A stretch of 64,000 bases of DNA, from positions 2,420-66,419 of the forward strand of contig DATHKA010000522.1 in the NCBI GenBank assembly GCA_035489615.1, in the 5' to 3' direction. The notes under the pieces are model-generated. The model was not told the DNA's origin. It saw only the letters and a list, made by a program, of their open reading frames with translations, and made no database searches. Shown here piece after piece: positions 32,751 through 42,035 of the stretch. Source of the DNA: Chryseolinea sp. GTDB taxonomy: Bacteria; Bacteroidota; Bacteroidia; Cytophagales; Cyclobacteriaceae. Both the position numbers and the translations under genes were made by a program. Every line of letters starts with the position of its first letter. Within the stretch, counting starts at the first letter, position 1.

Positions 32751-34031
32751 ATGAAAAGACTCTGCTTAATCCTACTTTCGTTTTGTGCATGGGCCGTAGC
32801 CCTTGCTCAAAACCCAACTGTTCACTACGACACCATTTACTCGGAGATTTTACAGGAAAAGAGGCCTCTTCAAATTTACTTTCCGACAAATTATCAACCC
32901 GGCGCTGCAAGTAAGTTTGACGCGGTGTACGTGCTGGACGGCGAGTGGAATACATCATTGACATCCACGGTTCATAATTTTCTAGCCTACGCAAAATTTG
33001 TTCCTGAAGACATCATCATTATTGGCATCAACAATCCATCAAAAGGCGATGTTAACTTGCGCGACCGGGATTTTACTCCCACGCACACTGACTACGGACC
33101 TGTATCAGGTGGCGCTGACAAATTCCTTGCCTGCATCAAGGAGGAGTTGATGCCGCACATTCAACAGAGTTACTCGGCAAAAAAAGAAGGGGGTACCCTT
33201 TACGGAACGTCTCTTGGAGGGCTCTTTGCGTTATATGCTTTCTTGATGGAGCCTCAGCTATTCAAATCCTACTTAACTGTCGAACCGGCCTTATGGTGGG
33301 ACAATCACTACTTAACTGGGTTCGCGAAAAAAAGACTTGACGAGCTCAAAGATTTAAACAACACCGTTTGGGTTGCGTCACGAGACGGAAATGCACTTCA
33401 ACAAATGGGTGTCGGGGGAATGGATTCGGTTTTTCGTAAGAGTGCTCCATCGGGGCTGGTATACAAAAGCGTTGCGTATCCAGACGAAACTCACTTCTCA
33501 GCAATATGGAAAGGCATTTATGACGGGCTAAAATTTTCGTATACAGGCCATCTGAAAGAAGGAAACATCCGGATCAATCCCATGAATGGTATTGTGCTCA
33601 AAGAAGAGCCCTTCCGTCTATCGTGCTACAATTCGGGGGCTGACTCAACGATGCGTTACACAACCGACGGCTCGTCACCTACCTTGGCCTCATCAAGACT
33701 GAGAATTGAAAATCTAATGGCCTTCTCCGATTCCAGGACACTCACCGTAAAATCATTTAGTCCCCGCGAAGAGTTCAATTATACGAGGACGGGACGTTTT
33801 GAAGTTGGAAGTAGGTTGCCTTCGCTGGCTAAACCGAAAGGCGTGAAGGCCGGGGGGCTGCATTATGTCTATTACGAAGGTGACTGGGATGTCGTTCCTG
33901 ATCTCAAAAAACTGAAGCCACAGCGATCGGGGTTAGCCGACAAGAACTTTGACCTCAACAACCTCTCTAATTCAACAAGCTTTGTTTGCATTTTGAACGG
34001 ATATCTCGAAATCACGGAGGCAGGCTATTGA
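32751..34031 (+). CDS. Secreted alpha/beta-fold esterase (IroE-like) plus Fn3-associated domain plus truncated PA14 domain
   Basis: YVLDGE, RDRDFTP, YGTSLGG nucleophile, ETH; RYTTDGSSP; YYEGDWD..PD start of PA14, ending prematurely at GYLEITEAGY*. Confidence 0.8.
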   Translation: MKRLCLILLSFCAWAVALAQNPTVHYDTIYSEILQEKRPLQIYFPTNYQPGAASKFDAVYVLDGEWNTSLTSTVHNFLAYAKFVPEDIIIIGINNPSKGDVNLRDRDFTPTHTDYGPVSGGADKFLACIKEELMPHIQQSYSAKKEGGTLYGTSLGGLFALYAFLMEPQLFKSYLTVEPALWWDNHYLTGFAKKRLDELKDLNNTVWVASRDGNALQQMGVGGMDSVFRKSAPSGLVYKSVAYPDETHFSAIWKGIYDGLKFSYTGHLKEGNIRINPMNGIVLKEEPFRLSCYNSGADSTMRYTTDGSSPTLASSRLRIENLMAFSDSRTLTVKSFSPREEFNYTRTGRFEVGSRLPSLAKPKGVKAGGLHYVYYEGDWDVVPDLKKLKPQRSGLADKNFDLNNLSNSTSFVCILNGYLEITEAGY

Positions 34032-34070
34032 CGACCGGCGATCGTCGGGAGTTCCGGCAGCAATGCGAAT

Positions 34071-34119
34071 TACTTATCCGGATAACTATTTCAGATGAAT
34101 ATACTTAGCCGGATAAGTA
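34071..34119. promoter_or_regulatory. Two 18-bp near-palindromic operators upstream of marR
   Basis: TACTTATCCGGATAACTA (34071-34088) and TACTTAGCCGGATAAGTA (34102-34119). Confidence 0.7.
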
Positions 34120-34152
34120 TTTTGTATATATTTGAGCAACAACCATCCGGCA

Positions 34153-34581
34153 ATGCCTCAGAAAAAGAGTAACGAATCAATCACGGCCCTGCTGACGCAG
34201 ATCGGCAAGATCCACCGCAACAAGACGAATGAGTTGCTTTCAGAAGCCGGAATACATGCCGGTCAGGACATTTTACTGTATTTTTTGTCCATCGAGGATG
34301 GTCAGACCGTTTCAGCGCTCGTCGAGAAGATGTGCAACCAACATGCCACACTCTTCAATATGCTGGAACGTATGGAAGCCAATGGCATGGTGCGGAAAGA
34401 GAAAGATAGCGCGGATAAAAGGACCTCCAGAGTCTACATAACCAGCAAAGGAAAAAATGCATACAAGAAAGTTACTCAAACCTGGGTTCATCTGGAAGCA
34501 ACAGCCCTTGCGGGAATTAACAAGGAGGATGCGAAAATATTAGAATCGCTGCTTAAGAAGGTGCAGCGCAATCTGAGTTGA
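34153..34581 (+). CDS. MarR-family transcriptional regulator
   Basis: Winged-helix motif LERMEANGMVRKEKDSADKRTSRVYITSKG. Confidence 0.9.
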   Translation: MPQKKSNESITALLTQIGKIHRNKTNELLSEAGIHAGQDILLYFLSIEDGQTVSALVEKMCNQHATLFNMLERMEANGMVRKEKDSADKRTSRVYITSKGKNAYKKVTQTWVHLEATALAGINKEDAKILESLLKKVQRNLS

Positions 34582-34594
34582 GTTTTTATGGAAT

Positions 34595-34612
34595 TACTTA
34601 GTCGGCTTATTA
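34595..34612. promoter_or_regulatory. Third, degenerate MarR operator upstream of the FMN reductase
   Basis: TACTTAGTCGGCTTATTA matches 14/18 positions of the 34102 site. Confidence 0.5.
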
Positions 34613-34629
34613 AATAATAAACAGACATT

Positions 34630-35187
34630 ATGAAAGTAGCAATATTAACAGGCAGCATCAGGCATGGACGCCAATCTCACCAAGTTGGATTATTCCTGGA
34701 AGAACTGATCGTGCAAAGAAACATTGAGGTATCACTCATCGACCTCACCGAATACCCGTTACCGGTTCTTGGAAGCGCTAATACACATCCTGAGCATCGA
34801 GAATTCATCAGTCGTCAGTTTTCAGAAGCAGATAGCCTTCTGTTCGTCAGTCCTGAATACCATGGAAGCTTTTCCGGGGTGATCAAAAATGCGTTGGATC
34901 ATTTCTGGAGTGAATTCAAAAAGAAGCCGATCGGGGTGGTGACTGTTTCCAGCGGGAAATTTGGAGGCATCAATGCTTCAACCCATCTCCAGCACGTCAT
35001 CCTGAGCCTGGGGGCATATCCCCTGCCGCTGAAGTTGCTTGTTCCGGAGGTTCACAGCGCATTCACTAAACTCCCCGACGCTGTCGACCCGAGCCTTCTC
35101 GCCGCTGCGAAAAAGTTCCTCGACGACTTCCTGTGGTTCGCGGACGCCATCTATATCAAAAAACAAAGCAGGCTCACGCCATACTAA
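34630..35187 (+). CDS. NADPH-dependent FMN reductase (flavodoxin-like)
   Basis: GSIRHGRQS, SPEYHGSFSGVIKNALD and KPIG motifs. Confidence 0.9.
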   Translation: MKVAILTGSIRHGRQSHQVGLFLEELIVQRNIEVSLIDLTEYPLPVLGSANTHPEHREFISRQFSEADSLLFVSPEYHGSFSGVIKNALDHFWSEFKKKPIGVVTVSSGKFGGINASTHLQHVILSLGAYPLPLKLLVPEVHSAFTKLPDAVDPSLLAAAKKFLDDFLWFADAIYIKKQSRLTPY

Positions 35188-35208
35188 GTATCATCTAAAG
35201 CATTCATT

Positions 35209-35640
35209 ATGAAAACCGCCGATAATATAGCATGGAACAAACAGGAGGAGATTGATTCCATCATGCACGCCATGTCGGACTTTGAAAAACATGCCAATAA
35301 CCATCAGCCTGAGAAGGCGGCTGAATTTGTCAGTCAGAATGCAGTTATTGTTAACGTTGTAGGCATTCGACTCACGGGTAAGGACGAATTTTACCAATTT
35401 ATAAAGAAGGCCATGCAGGGAAGACTAGCTAATCTTGTGCGAAAGAATGAGGTCAAGGACATTCAATTCCTTCGACCTGACATTGCAGTGATCAGCGCAA
35501 CCCAAGTGGCATCGACCAGAGAAGGCTCCGTTCTCAAAGAGCATGGGTCGGGAGCCATGACCGTTGTATTGACAAAGGAGGATGGAAAATGGCTGGTTGC
35601 AGTAGCCCAGAATACAATGATCGGGGAATGGAATGAATGA
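35209..35640 (+). CDS. SnoaL/NTF2-like protein (SgcJ/EcaC, DUF4440)
   Basis: VNVVG.RL.GKDE, IQFLRPDIAV and KEDGKWLV.AQNT motifs. Confidence 0.8.
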   Translation: MKTADNIAWNKQEEIDSIMHAMSDFEKHANNHQPEKAAEFVSQNAVIVNVVGIRLTGKDEFYQFIKKAMQGRLANLVRKNEVKDIQFLRPDIAVISATQVASTREGSVLKEHGSGAMTVVLTKEDGKWLVAVAQNTMIGEWNE

Positions 35641-35850
35641 TTGACTAGTGGGCTGGATGATCGATCCTGACCCCGCTATTTTACATCCTATCTGTTAAAC
35701 ACCTCTGGAATAGCCGTTTTTCTATAAGTACATTGAAATAAAGTGATCTCATTAGGTGAAATCTCAATTCGATTTCCGGCTGCGTTTTACAGCATTTGAT
35801 TCAGGTAAAAGGGCTTTTATTGGAAGCCTTTTTTATTTAATCTCCGGGCA

Positions 35851-36825
35851 TCAATTTCCTTCACACTTTTTAGCACGTGACGGGGAATCATCAGCTGCAC
35901 AGGCCTTTTTATCGTTGATCAGTGTTGGTTTTACAAAACTCTCTTTGGCTTTTTCAGCCCACTCCTTTTTAACGAGTTCAAAATCCTTACGGAATTTCTT
36001 GTTCAGGAAAAGCTTGTTCACAAACTGACGCGCAAACATTCGCGCAGATTCAGAATCTGATGGATAGTGAACCCCAATTATTTCCCTGGAATGGGCCATA
36101 TCGTAGGCATCCTTCAAAAACACGTCAGCGAACTCCAGTGCAAGTTCCTGATAGATATAGGCATTTACATAAGAATTAGCTGCATGGCCACTCGGATAAG
36201 CTGCCCAATCGGTTTCCTGCAAATTCTTGATGTCCGAGTCAATGAATACAGGTCTCATACGCGCGTACTTGAATTTCAACGACCAAATGAAAAAGCTCGC
36301 ATCACGCCAGGCGTTTGCCATCAGATCGGCCGTCACCGGCAAGTTCTCATGGTTAAACCATGAACCGATAGAGCTTCCAATGTGAAAGAGGTTTCTTCTG
36401 TACATGGAGTATGTAGAATCTCCTGGTTGGACACTCAGGTTATAATAAATGTCTGCCATGTAGAGGCTTGCCCTGACTTCTTCGTCCGTTCTGGAGTTCT
36501 GCAACGCAAGCAGATAATTGATTTCTGCCCTTGTTTGCTCTGAACTGTTTGCAGGAACATCCGGAATTACAAAATCATTAACACTTACTTCCTGAAGGTA
36601 GTAGGGTGTCCGGCTCATTCTTCTATCAATGGTCTCCTTATCGGTTATAAATTTCTGCTTGTCGATCCCTTCATTGGACGACTTAGCCTTCGGGCTAAAC
36701 GCAGTCAGTTGCTTGTAATGGCCCCGTGCTGGTGTTAGCGCTCGTTGATGATCCTTTTCTTTTTGACCGAATCCGATTGATACTACAGTAAACAGTGCCA
36801 GAATAATTGAAACGATTCTTTTCAT
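35851..36825 (-). CDS. Secreted PAP2/class A acid phosphatase
   Basis: Signal peptide; K..Y.R.RP (C1), YPSGH (C2), SREIIGVHYPSD (C3). Confidence 0.88.
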   Translation of the reverse strand: MKRIVSIILALFTVVSIGFGQKEKDHQRALTPARGHYKQLTAFSPKAKSSNEGIDKQKFITDKETIDRRMSRTPYYLQEVSVNDFVIPDVPANSSEQTRAEINYLLALQNSRTDEEVRASLYMADIYYNLSVQPGDSTYSMYRRNLFHIGSSIGSWFNHENLPVTADLMANAWRDASFFIWSLKFKYARMRPVFIDSDIKNLQETDWAAYPSGHAANSYVNAYIYQELALEFADVFLKDAYDMAHSREIIGVHYPSDSESARMFARQFVNKLFLNKKFRKDFELVKKEWAEKAKESFVKPTLINDKKACAADDSPSRAKKCEGN

Positions 36826-36923
36826 GTTGTGGGAATTTACTAATATGACGGAAACGTATTGAAAAAGACGCAAGAATTTTCCGCGTCTTTATGGACCCGG
36901 AACGTTGGTTCTGCCCTTCAAAT

Positions 36924-37484
36924 TCAAATCCCAAACTCGTCTCGTTGAGGACACGAGCACGGAGTTTTATTTTCACAAACAACAACGTTGCCGTATAAAT
37001 CCAGTTTGATCTGGTAGGCTTCATCCATCTTTTCCTTTAGCATCTGGCGGGCACGTTGAACCCTGGACTTCGCACCTGAATATGAAATGCCCAGCGTATT
37101 AGCTAACTCAAGCTGAGAAATATTCTTTAATTCAGTCAGCTCTAATGCTTGTCGGTATTTGTCCGGAAGGGTCGCAAGCATGTCCGAAAGACAGGACGAC
37201 ACACAGTCATTCAATGAGACATTCTCGCTTTCCCAATCGATGTCATGCGCGTTTAATATTTTTGCTTTTTTACGGAAATAATCCGTGATCGTATGGCGGG
37301 TGACCTGGAAGATCCAACTAACGAGTTTATCTGATTCTTTTAACTGACCGACTTTCGCATGAACCTTCAGGAATACATCCTGGACAATATCGTCTGTGAT
37401 CGCTTTGTCTCTGGTTTGTTTGAAGACAAAGCTCTTCAACCTATCCTGGGTGCTAGCCCAAATCAAAGTCTCTGAAGTATTCAT
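36924..37484 (-). CDS. sigZ: ECF sigma factor, SigZ family
   Basis: DDIVQDVFLKV, SWIFQVTRHTI.DYFR and LGISYSGAKSRVQRAR motifs; Cys-rich tail. Confidence 0.85.
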   Translation of the reverse strand: MNTSETLIWASTQDRLKSFVFKQTRDKAITDDIVQDVFLKVHAKVGQLKESDKLVSWIFQVTRHTITDYFRKKAKILNAHDIDWESENVSLNDCVSSCLSDMLATLPDKYRQALELTELKNISQLELANTLGISYSGAKSRVQRARQMLKEKMDEAYQIKLDLYGNVVVCENKTPCSCPQRDEFGI

Positions 37485-37511
37485 GGGATAGCTTTTTGGC
37501 TCCTATCTTAC

Positions 37512-38567
37512 TCATTTTTTCGATAGCACAGTGCGGTCTGGATATAATCGTTTCTTAAACCAAAACGCCAGATTAACCAGTAGGATTAACGCTGGGACTT
37601 CGATCAAAGGGCCGATAACGCCTGCGAAGGCCTGTCCTGAATTAATTCCGTACACACCTACCGAAACAGCAATAGCTAATTCAAAGTTGTTTCCTGTCGC
37701 TGTAAAAGAGACCGAAGCATTCTCTTCATAATTTGCTCCAAGTTTTTTCGAAAATATGAAGCTGATGGTAAAAATAAGGATGAAATAAATTACCAGTGGT
37801 ATAGCAATTCTTATAATATCAATAGGCAGATCAAGGATCATTTTGCCCTTTAAACTGAACATTATCACAATGGTGAACAGTAAAGCAATCAGGGTAAGAG
37901 GACTGATCTTTGGTACAACGTTGGTAACATACCACTCTTCACCTTTAACTTTCTTGAATAGATATCGGGTCAAAAATCCAGCTAGAAAAGGGATGCCAAG
38001 GTAAAGAAATACGCTTTCAGCGACATCACTCATTTGCACGTCTATGACTGATCCATTAATGCCAAAATATGGCGGTAGAACTGTGATGAACAGCCAAGCA
38101 AAAATGCTGTAGAACAAAACTTGAAATATGCTGTTTAGTGCTACCAGTCCAGCTGCATATTCTTTATCGCCTTTTGCTAAGTCATTCCAAACAAGTACCA
38201 TTGCTATACACCGGGCAAGCCCAATCAGGATCAGGCCAACCATATACTCTGGTTTGTCATGCAGAAAAATAATGGCAAGGAAAAACATGAGGATAGGACC
38301 GATTATCCAATTAAGCAAAAGAGAAAGGCTGATAACCTTTACATTTCTAAATACTTTACCAAGATGTTCATATCTGACTTTTGCAAGTGGAGGGAACATC
38401 ATTACAATAAGACCAATGGCAATCAATATGTTGGTAGTGCCAATCTGAAAATGACTCATCAAATTTTCTATAGGTAAAACATTTCCGATACCAATTCCTA
38501 TAGCCATTGCTAGAAAAATCCACAGGGTTAGATACCGGTCTAAAAATCCAAGTTTTGAATTACTCAT
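37512..38567 (-). CDS. acr3: ACR3-family arsenite efflux permease
   Basis: [46 protein letters not shown] and GPLIEVP motifs. Confidence 0.96.
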   Translation of the reverse strand: MSNSKLGFLDRYLTLWIFLAMAIGIGIGNVLPIENLMSHFQIGTTNILIAIGLIVMMFPPLAKVRYEHLGKVFRNVKVISLSLLLNWIIGPILMFFLAIIFLHDKPEYMVGLILIGLARCIAMVLVWNDLAKGDKEYAAGLVALNSIFQVLFYSIFAWLFITVLPPYFGINGSVIDVQMSDVAESVFLYLGIPFLAGFLTRYLFKKVKGEEWYVTNVVPKISPLTLIALLFTIVIMFSLKGKMILDLPIDIIRIAIPLVIYFILIFTISFIFSKKLGANYEENASVSFTATGNNFELAIAVSVGVYGINSGQAFAGVIGPLIEVPALILLVNLAFWFKKRLYPDRTVLSKK

Positions 38568-38575
38568 TAATAAAA

Positions 38576-39426
38576 TCAGTTTAGAGCGACTGATTGTTCA
38601 GCCTCATATTTATCAAACGCAGATCGTTGCAAATGTTGAATACGCCTTGAGTCCGGGTATAGAATGGCTGCCTTTTTCAAAGCCCTCAAGCCTTCCAGGG
38701 AGTTATTTTTATTTATATGATTTACACCGATATTGTAATAGTGCAGACCGGAAAGTTCTTTCAATGAGATCTCGTCATAGACCGTATCGGTATTAAACGG
38801 TGGCGCAAACGTTCCCTTTACCTTAGCTCGTTTTTGTTTGTCCATCAAATACTCATTTAATCTCTTGCCCGCATCTGACGCGCTGGTAACCAAGCCATTG
38901 AATGGATCAGTAGATTCTACCATAACCTTTGACTGGCCTAAGTTTATTATGAGAAACAAGTGAAATCGGGTTTCGTAGATTGAGGCTATATACCCAAGTT
39001 GATTTAGAAGTGTAGCATACAACGCCACGCCTGATACGCAATTGTATTTTCCCTTATTAAACACACCAGTGAACGATTGAGGATAGTCATATTGCCTTAA
39101 GTATTTTCTGTTGGCATCGTTAAAGACATACCGCAAAAAATAGACTTCACCCTTAAACTTGTTTTTTTCAATAGAAGCAATATTGCTGTAGGCGCGGATT
39201 TCATCGCTAACCTGCTTATATGCTTATAGGAAACCGAATCTACTGAAGGATCTGGAGCTAAGAAAAATACTAGCGGATCACAATCGCTTTGTTTGTCATT
39301 CTGAAATGCATTCTTCTCAAGAGATGAATCAAATAGTAAACAAAACCTGAGACCGGGGACATCCTGGCCCAACGCAGCATAAGTTCCCAGCACCAGAAAA
39401 AGCAATATTGTACCCTTATTTTTCAT
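38576..39426 (-). pseudogene. Secreted transglutaminase/papain-like (Cys-His-Asp) protein with TPR-like tail, frameshifted by an 8-bp tandem duplication
   Basis: TGCTTATA-TGCTTATA at 39213-39228. Removing one copy fuses the two ORFs into 280 aa with signal peptide, YNCVSG, ETRFH and ESTDP. Confidence 0.75.
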
Positions 39427-39433
39427 ACTGACA

Positions 39434-40075
39434 CTAAAGCTTTACTAATGAAAAGGCGTAAAGAATGTCTCTACCGATCTCATGAGTGCGCTCAGTATAC
39501 TTTTCTGATTCCTGGGGTGTACCATCGAAATCCTTTGGATCATCATAGGGCGTGGCAATCCTGAGTGCTGCGCCAAGTACCACAGGGCAATTTTGATCCG
39601 CCTGAGAGCATGTCATAATCGCGCCAAAACCTTGTTTTGGATTTTTATCCGAATCATACTTTTTGGAGAAAGCTTTTATTGCGGGAGTATCATCTGCAAA
39701 CCGAATTTCATACAATGGATTTTCTCCACCCGTTGTGTCGATAATCTTGAACCCAATGTCGGACATTGCTTTGACGGCACGCGGATTGAATGCTGTTGCT
39801 TCTGTTCCGCCTGAATATGTAACTACCCCCGAAATACTATAGTAGGCTGCTGCTGTTTGTGCCCAAATTTGTGCAATGTGACTTCTGCGGGAATTATGTG
39901 TACAGATGAATATCAATTCTGCCTTACCTCCGCTGTTACGCTTTTCTTCAATAAATAAAGCAAGTCTTTTAAGTGCTTTTCTCCGGTCTTCGGGGATACG
40001 GTCAAATTCCTTTTGGTATTGATCGAGGTGCTTAATAATGGGAGAATAGATCTCTTTTGAATCTGTAAATGACAT
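39434..40075 (-). CDS. arsC: Arsenate reductase, LMW-PTP family
   Basis: FICTHNSRRS P-loop, SGGTEATAFNPRAV, MTCSQAD..CP and YDDPK motifs; inside the ars operon. Confidence 0.88.
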   Translation of the reverse strand: MSFTDSKEIYSPIIKHLDQYQKEFDRIPEDRRKALKRLALFIEEKRNSGGKAELIFICTHNSRRSHIAQIWAQTAAAYYSISGVVTYSGGTEATAFNPRAVKAMSDIGFKIIDTTGGENPLYEIRFADDTPAIKAFSKKYDSDKNPKQGFGAIMTCSQADQNCPVVLGAALRIATPYDDPKDFDGTPQESEKYTERTHEIGRDILYAFSLVKL

Positions 40076-40164
40076 CAGTATTACGATTAAAATTAGTATT
40101 GCAACCCCGTTTCATTGGGCTTGGTTATAAAGTTATTTGACTAAGCTCTTGAAGCATATAGTTA

Positions 40165-41007
40165 TTAATCGCAGCAACCAGGTGCGCAACAGTTCTCCGG
40201 CTTCTTGGCATATACGGTAACGCTGAATATGCCAGTCGTTCCTGAATTGAACTCTGTAATCTGATCAGTTGATAAATAGTCTTTAAGAATTTCCGCTGGA
40301 AGTGTAATGCGCTTTTCCTTTTGAATTATAATGTCCGTGAAGCCCGTCTGCTGAATGATCGCCAAGTACTCGTCTTTTTGAATTGCTCCGGCAACGCAAC
40401 CTGCATACATCTCTGCAGATTTTCGCAAACCTTCCGGGAGATCACCAACGAGCACGATATCTGATACGCTGAAGTGGCCGCCTTTTTTCAAAACCCTGAA
40501 TGTTTCTGCGAAAGCCTGCTTCTTATTTGGCACCAGGTTAAGCACGCAATTGCTTACGATTACATCCGCAATGTTTCCAGTCAGTGGCATGTTTTCAATA
40601 TCTCCCTGTCGGAACTCTACATTCTTATAGCCAAGTTTCTCAGCGTTGATCTTTGCCTTCTCAATCATCTTATCGGTAAAGTCAACGCCGATAACTTTTC
40701 CACTTTCACCCGTAATGGAGCGGGCAACAAAAGCGTCATTGCCTGCACCTGAACCAAGATCAACTACGGTATCACCTTCCTGGATTTTCGCAAACTCGGT
40801 TGGCAATCCACATCCTAAGCCCAGGTCGGCATCAGCAACATACCCATCAAGCTTTGTGTAATCATCGGCCATAACGGTGTAGTCTATGGTTCCGCAACCC
40901 GTTGCGCCACAACAACTGGAAGCATTTGTGTCCTTGCTTTGCAAAGCGATCTGGGCGTACTTCTCTTTAACAAGTTCCTTTAGCTGTTCTGATGTTTGAT
41001 TTTCCAT
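40165..41007 (-). CDS. arsM: Arsenite S-adenosylmethionine methyltransferase
   Basis: SCCG, LGLGCGLP, VDLGSGAGND, SNCVLNL, YAGCVAGA and terminal CCAPGCC. Confidence 0.95.
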   Translation of the reverse strand: MENQTSEQLKELVKEKYAQIALQSKDTNASSCCGATGCGTIDYTVMADDYTKLDGYVADADLGLGCGLPTEFAKIQEGDTVVDLGSGAGNDAFVARSITGESGKVIGVDFTDKMIEKAKINAEKLGYKNVEFRQGDIENMPLTGNIADVIVSNCVLNLVPNKKQAFAETFRVLKKGGHFSVSDIVLVGDLPEGLRKSAEMYAGCVAGAIQKDEYLAIIQQTGFTDIIIQKEKRITLPAEILKDYLSTDQITEFNSGTTGIFSVTVYAKKPENCCAPGCCD

Positions 41008-41018
41008 GCTTATAATAT

Positions 41019-41036
41019 TATCGTAATATTGCGATC
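41019..41036. promoter_or_regulatory. ArsR operator upstream of arsM
   Basis: TATCGTAA-TA-TTGCGATC, a degenerate copy of the arsR operator. Confidence 0.65.
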
Positions 41037-41057
41037 AATCAAGTCAAAAAAATAGCG

Positions 41058-41384
41058 TTAGCAGCACTCAGTCCCTTTGTACGTTTCGAACAGGTCGCCA
41101 ATCAATTTCTTCGCTTTGTTCCAGGCCTTCTCGTCTATACAATAGCATACACTTGGCCCTTCAATGTCTCCTTTAATAAGTCCGGCTTTCTTAAGCTCAT
41201 TCAGATGTTGAGAAACGGTTGATTGAGATAGCGGCAGTTCATCTACGATGTCCCCGCAAATGCACGATTTTGATTTAATCAAAAACTGAAGGATGGCAAT
41301 ACGGGCTGGGTGGCCCAATGCTTTGGTCAACATTGCCAGTTCATTCTGCGCTTTTGTAAATTCCTCTGTTTTTGTCAGTCCCAT
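41058..41384 (-). CDS. arsR: ArsR-family As(III)-responsive repressor
   Basis: KALGHPARIAI, SCICGD, SQSTVSQHL, VCYC and terminal CC. Confidence 0.93.
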   Translation of the reverse strand: MGLTKTEEFTKAQNELAMLTKALGHPARIAILQFLIKSKSCICGDIVDELPLSQSTVSQHLNELKKAGLIKGDIEGPSVCYCIDEKAWNKAKKLIGDLFETYKGTECC

Positions 41385-41392
41385 ATTCTACC

Positions 41393-41410
41393 TATCGTAA
41401 AATTACGATA
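41393..41410. promoter_or_regulatory. ArsR operator upstream of arsR
   Basis: Perfect inverted repeat TATCGTAA-AA-TTACGATA, 9 bp upstream of the start. Confidence 0.8.
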
Positions 41411-41632
41411 AATGTTTCATTCGTCATAATATCTTTGTAAGATTTTTTAACTGGGGCGTCAGCCTTTGACAGAGGGAGGTAGATCGTTAATTATAGCCGT
41501 CCTTATTCAAGATTTTCTTGCAATGGGCAATTGAAAGCTTCTTCTGCCGGCTTTCATCTGCGTTACGTACTAGAGTCCCGAGTTCGATTCTGGTTTGGGC
41601 CAGGAATAGAACCCTCAATGGATTGTCGGCTA

Positions 41633-41900
41633 TCAATACGGCCAGTGTTTGCAATCGGGTTCGTACGCGATCGGTTTGGATTCGTCGATGGTTTTTTTTA
41701 TTTCTGTTCTTGCAGCGAAAATTTCTTTTACGATCTTTCTGATCTCTGTTTAGTCGACTGCTTTTGGGATGTAAGCGTTTGCACGATGAACGATGATCAT
41801 GTCGCTTTTCGGAAATAGCATCAATACGTGCCCGCCATAGCCTTCGGCGGTGTAGCATTCTGGCTTCCCTCGGATCTCGGTCGCTAATGAATCCAAGGCA
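41633..41900 (-). pseudogene. C-terminal relic of a serine hydrolase/beta-lactamase-family gene
   Basis: A minus-strand frame not in the ORF track reads YTAEGYGGHVLMLFPKSDMIIVHRAN..VD*TEIRKIVKEIFAAR; in-frame stop and no 5' part. Confidence 0.55.
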
Positions 41901-42035
41901 GAGAAAAATATTTCCCATCTAAGTACATAGCTGGGAATATTTGATTTACAACAATCCCAATTTCACATGCAAAGTGAAGTTGCCTGAAAAAGGTTCGAAG
42001 GCGTTCCCGCCAGGTTCTAATAAATAGATAAGACC

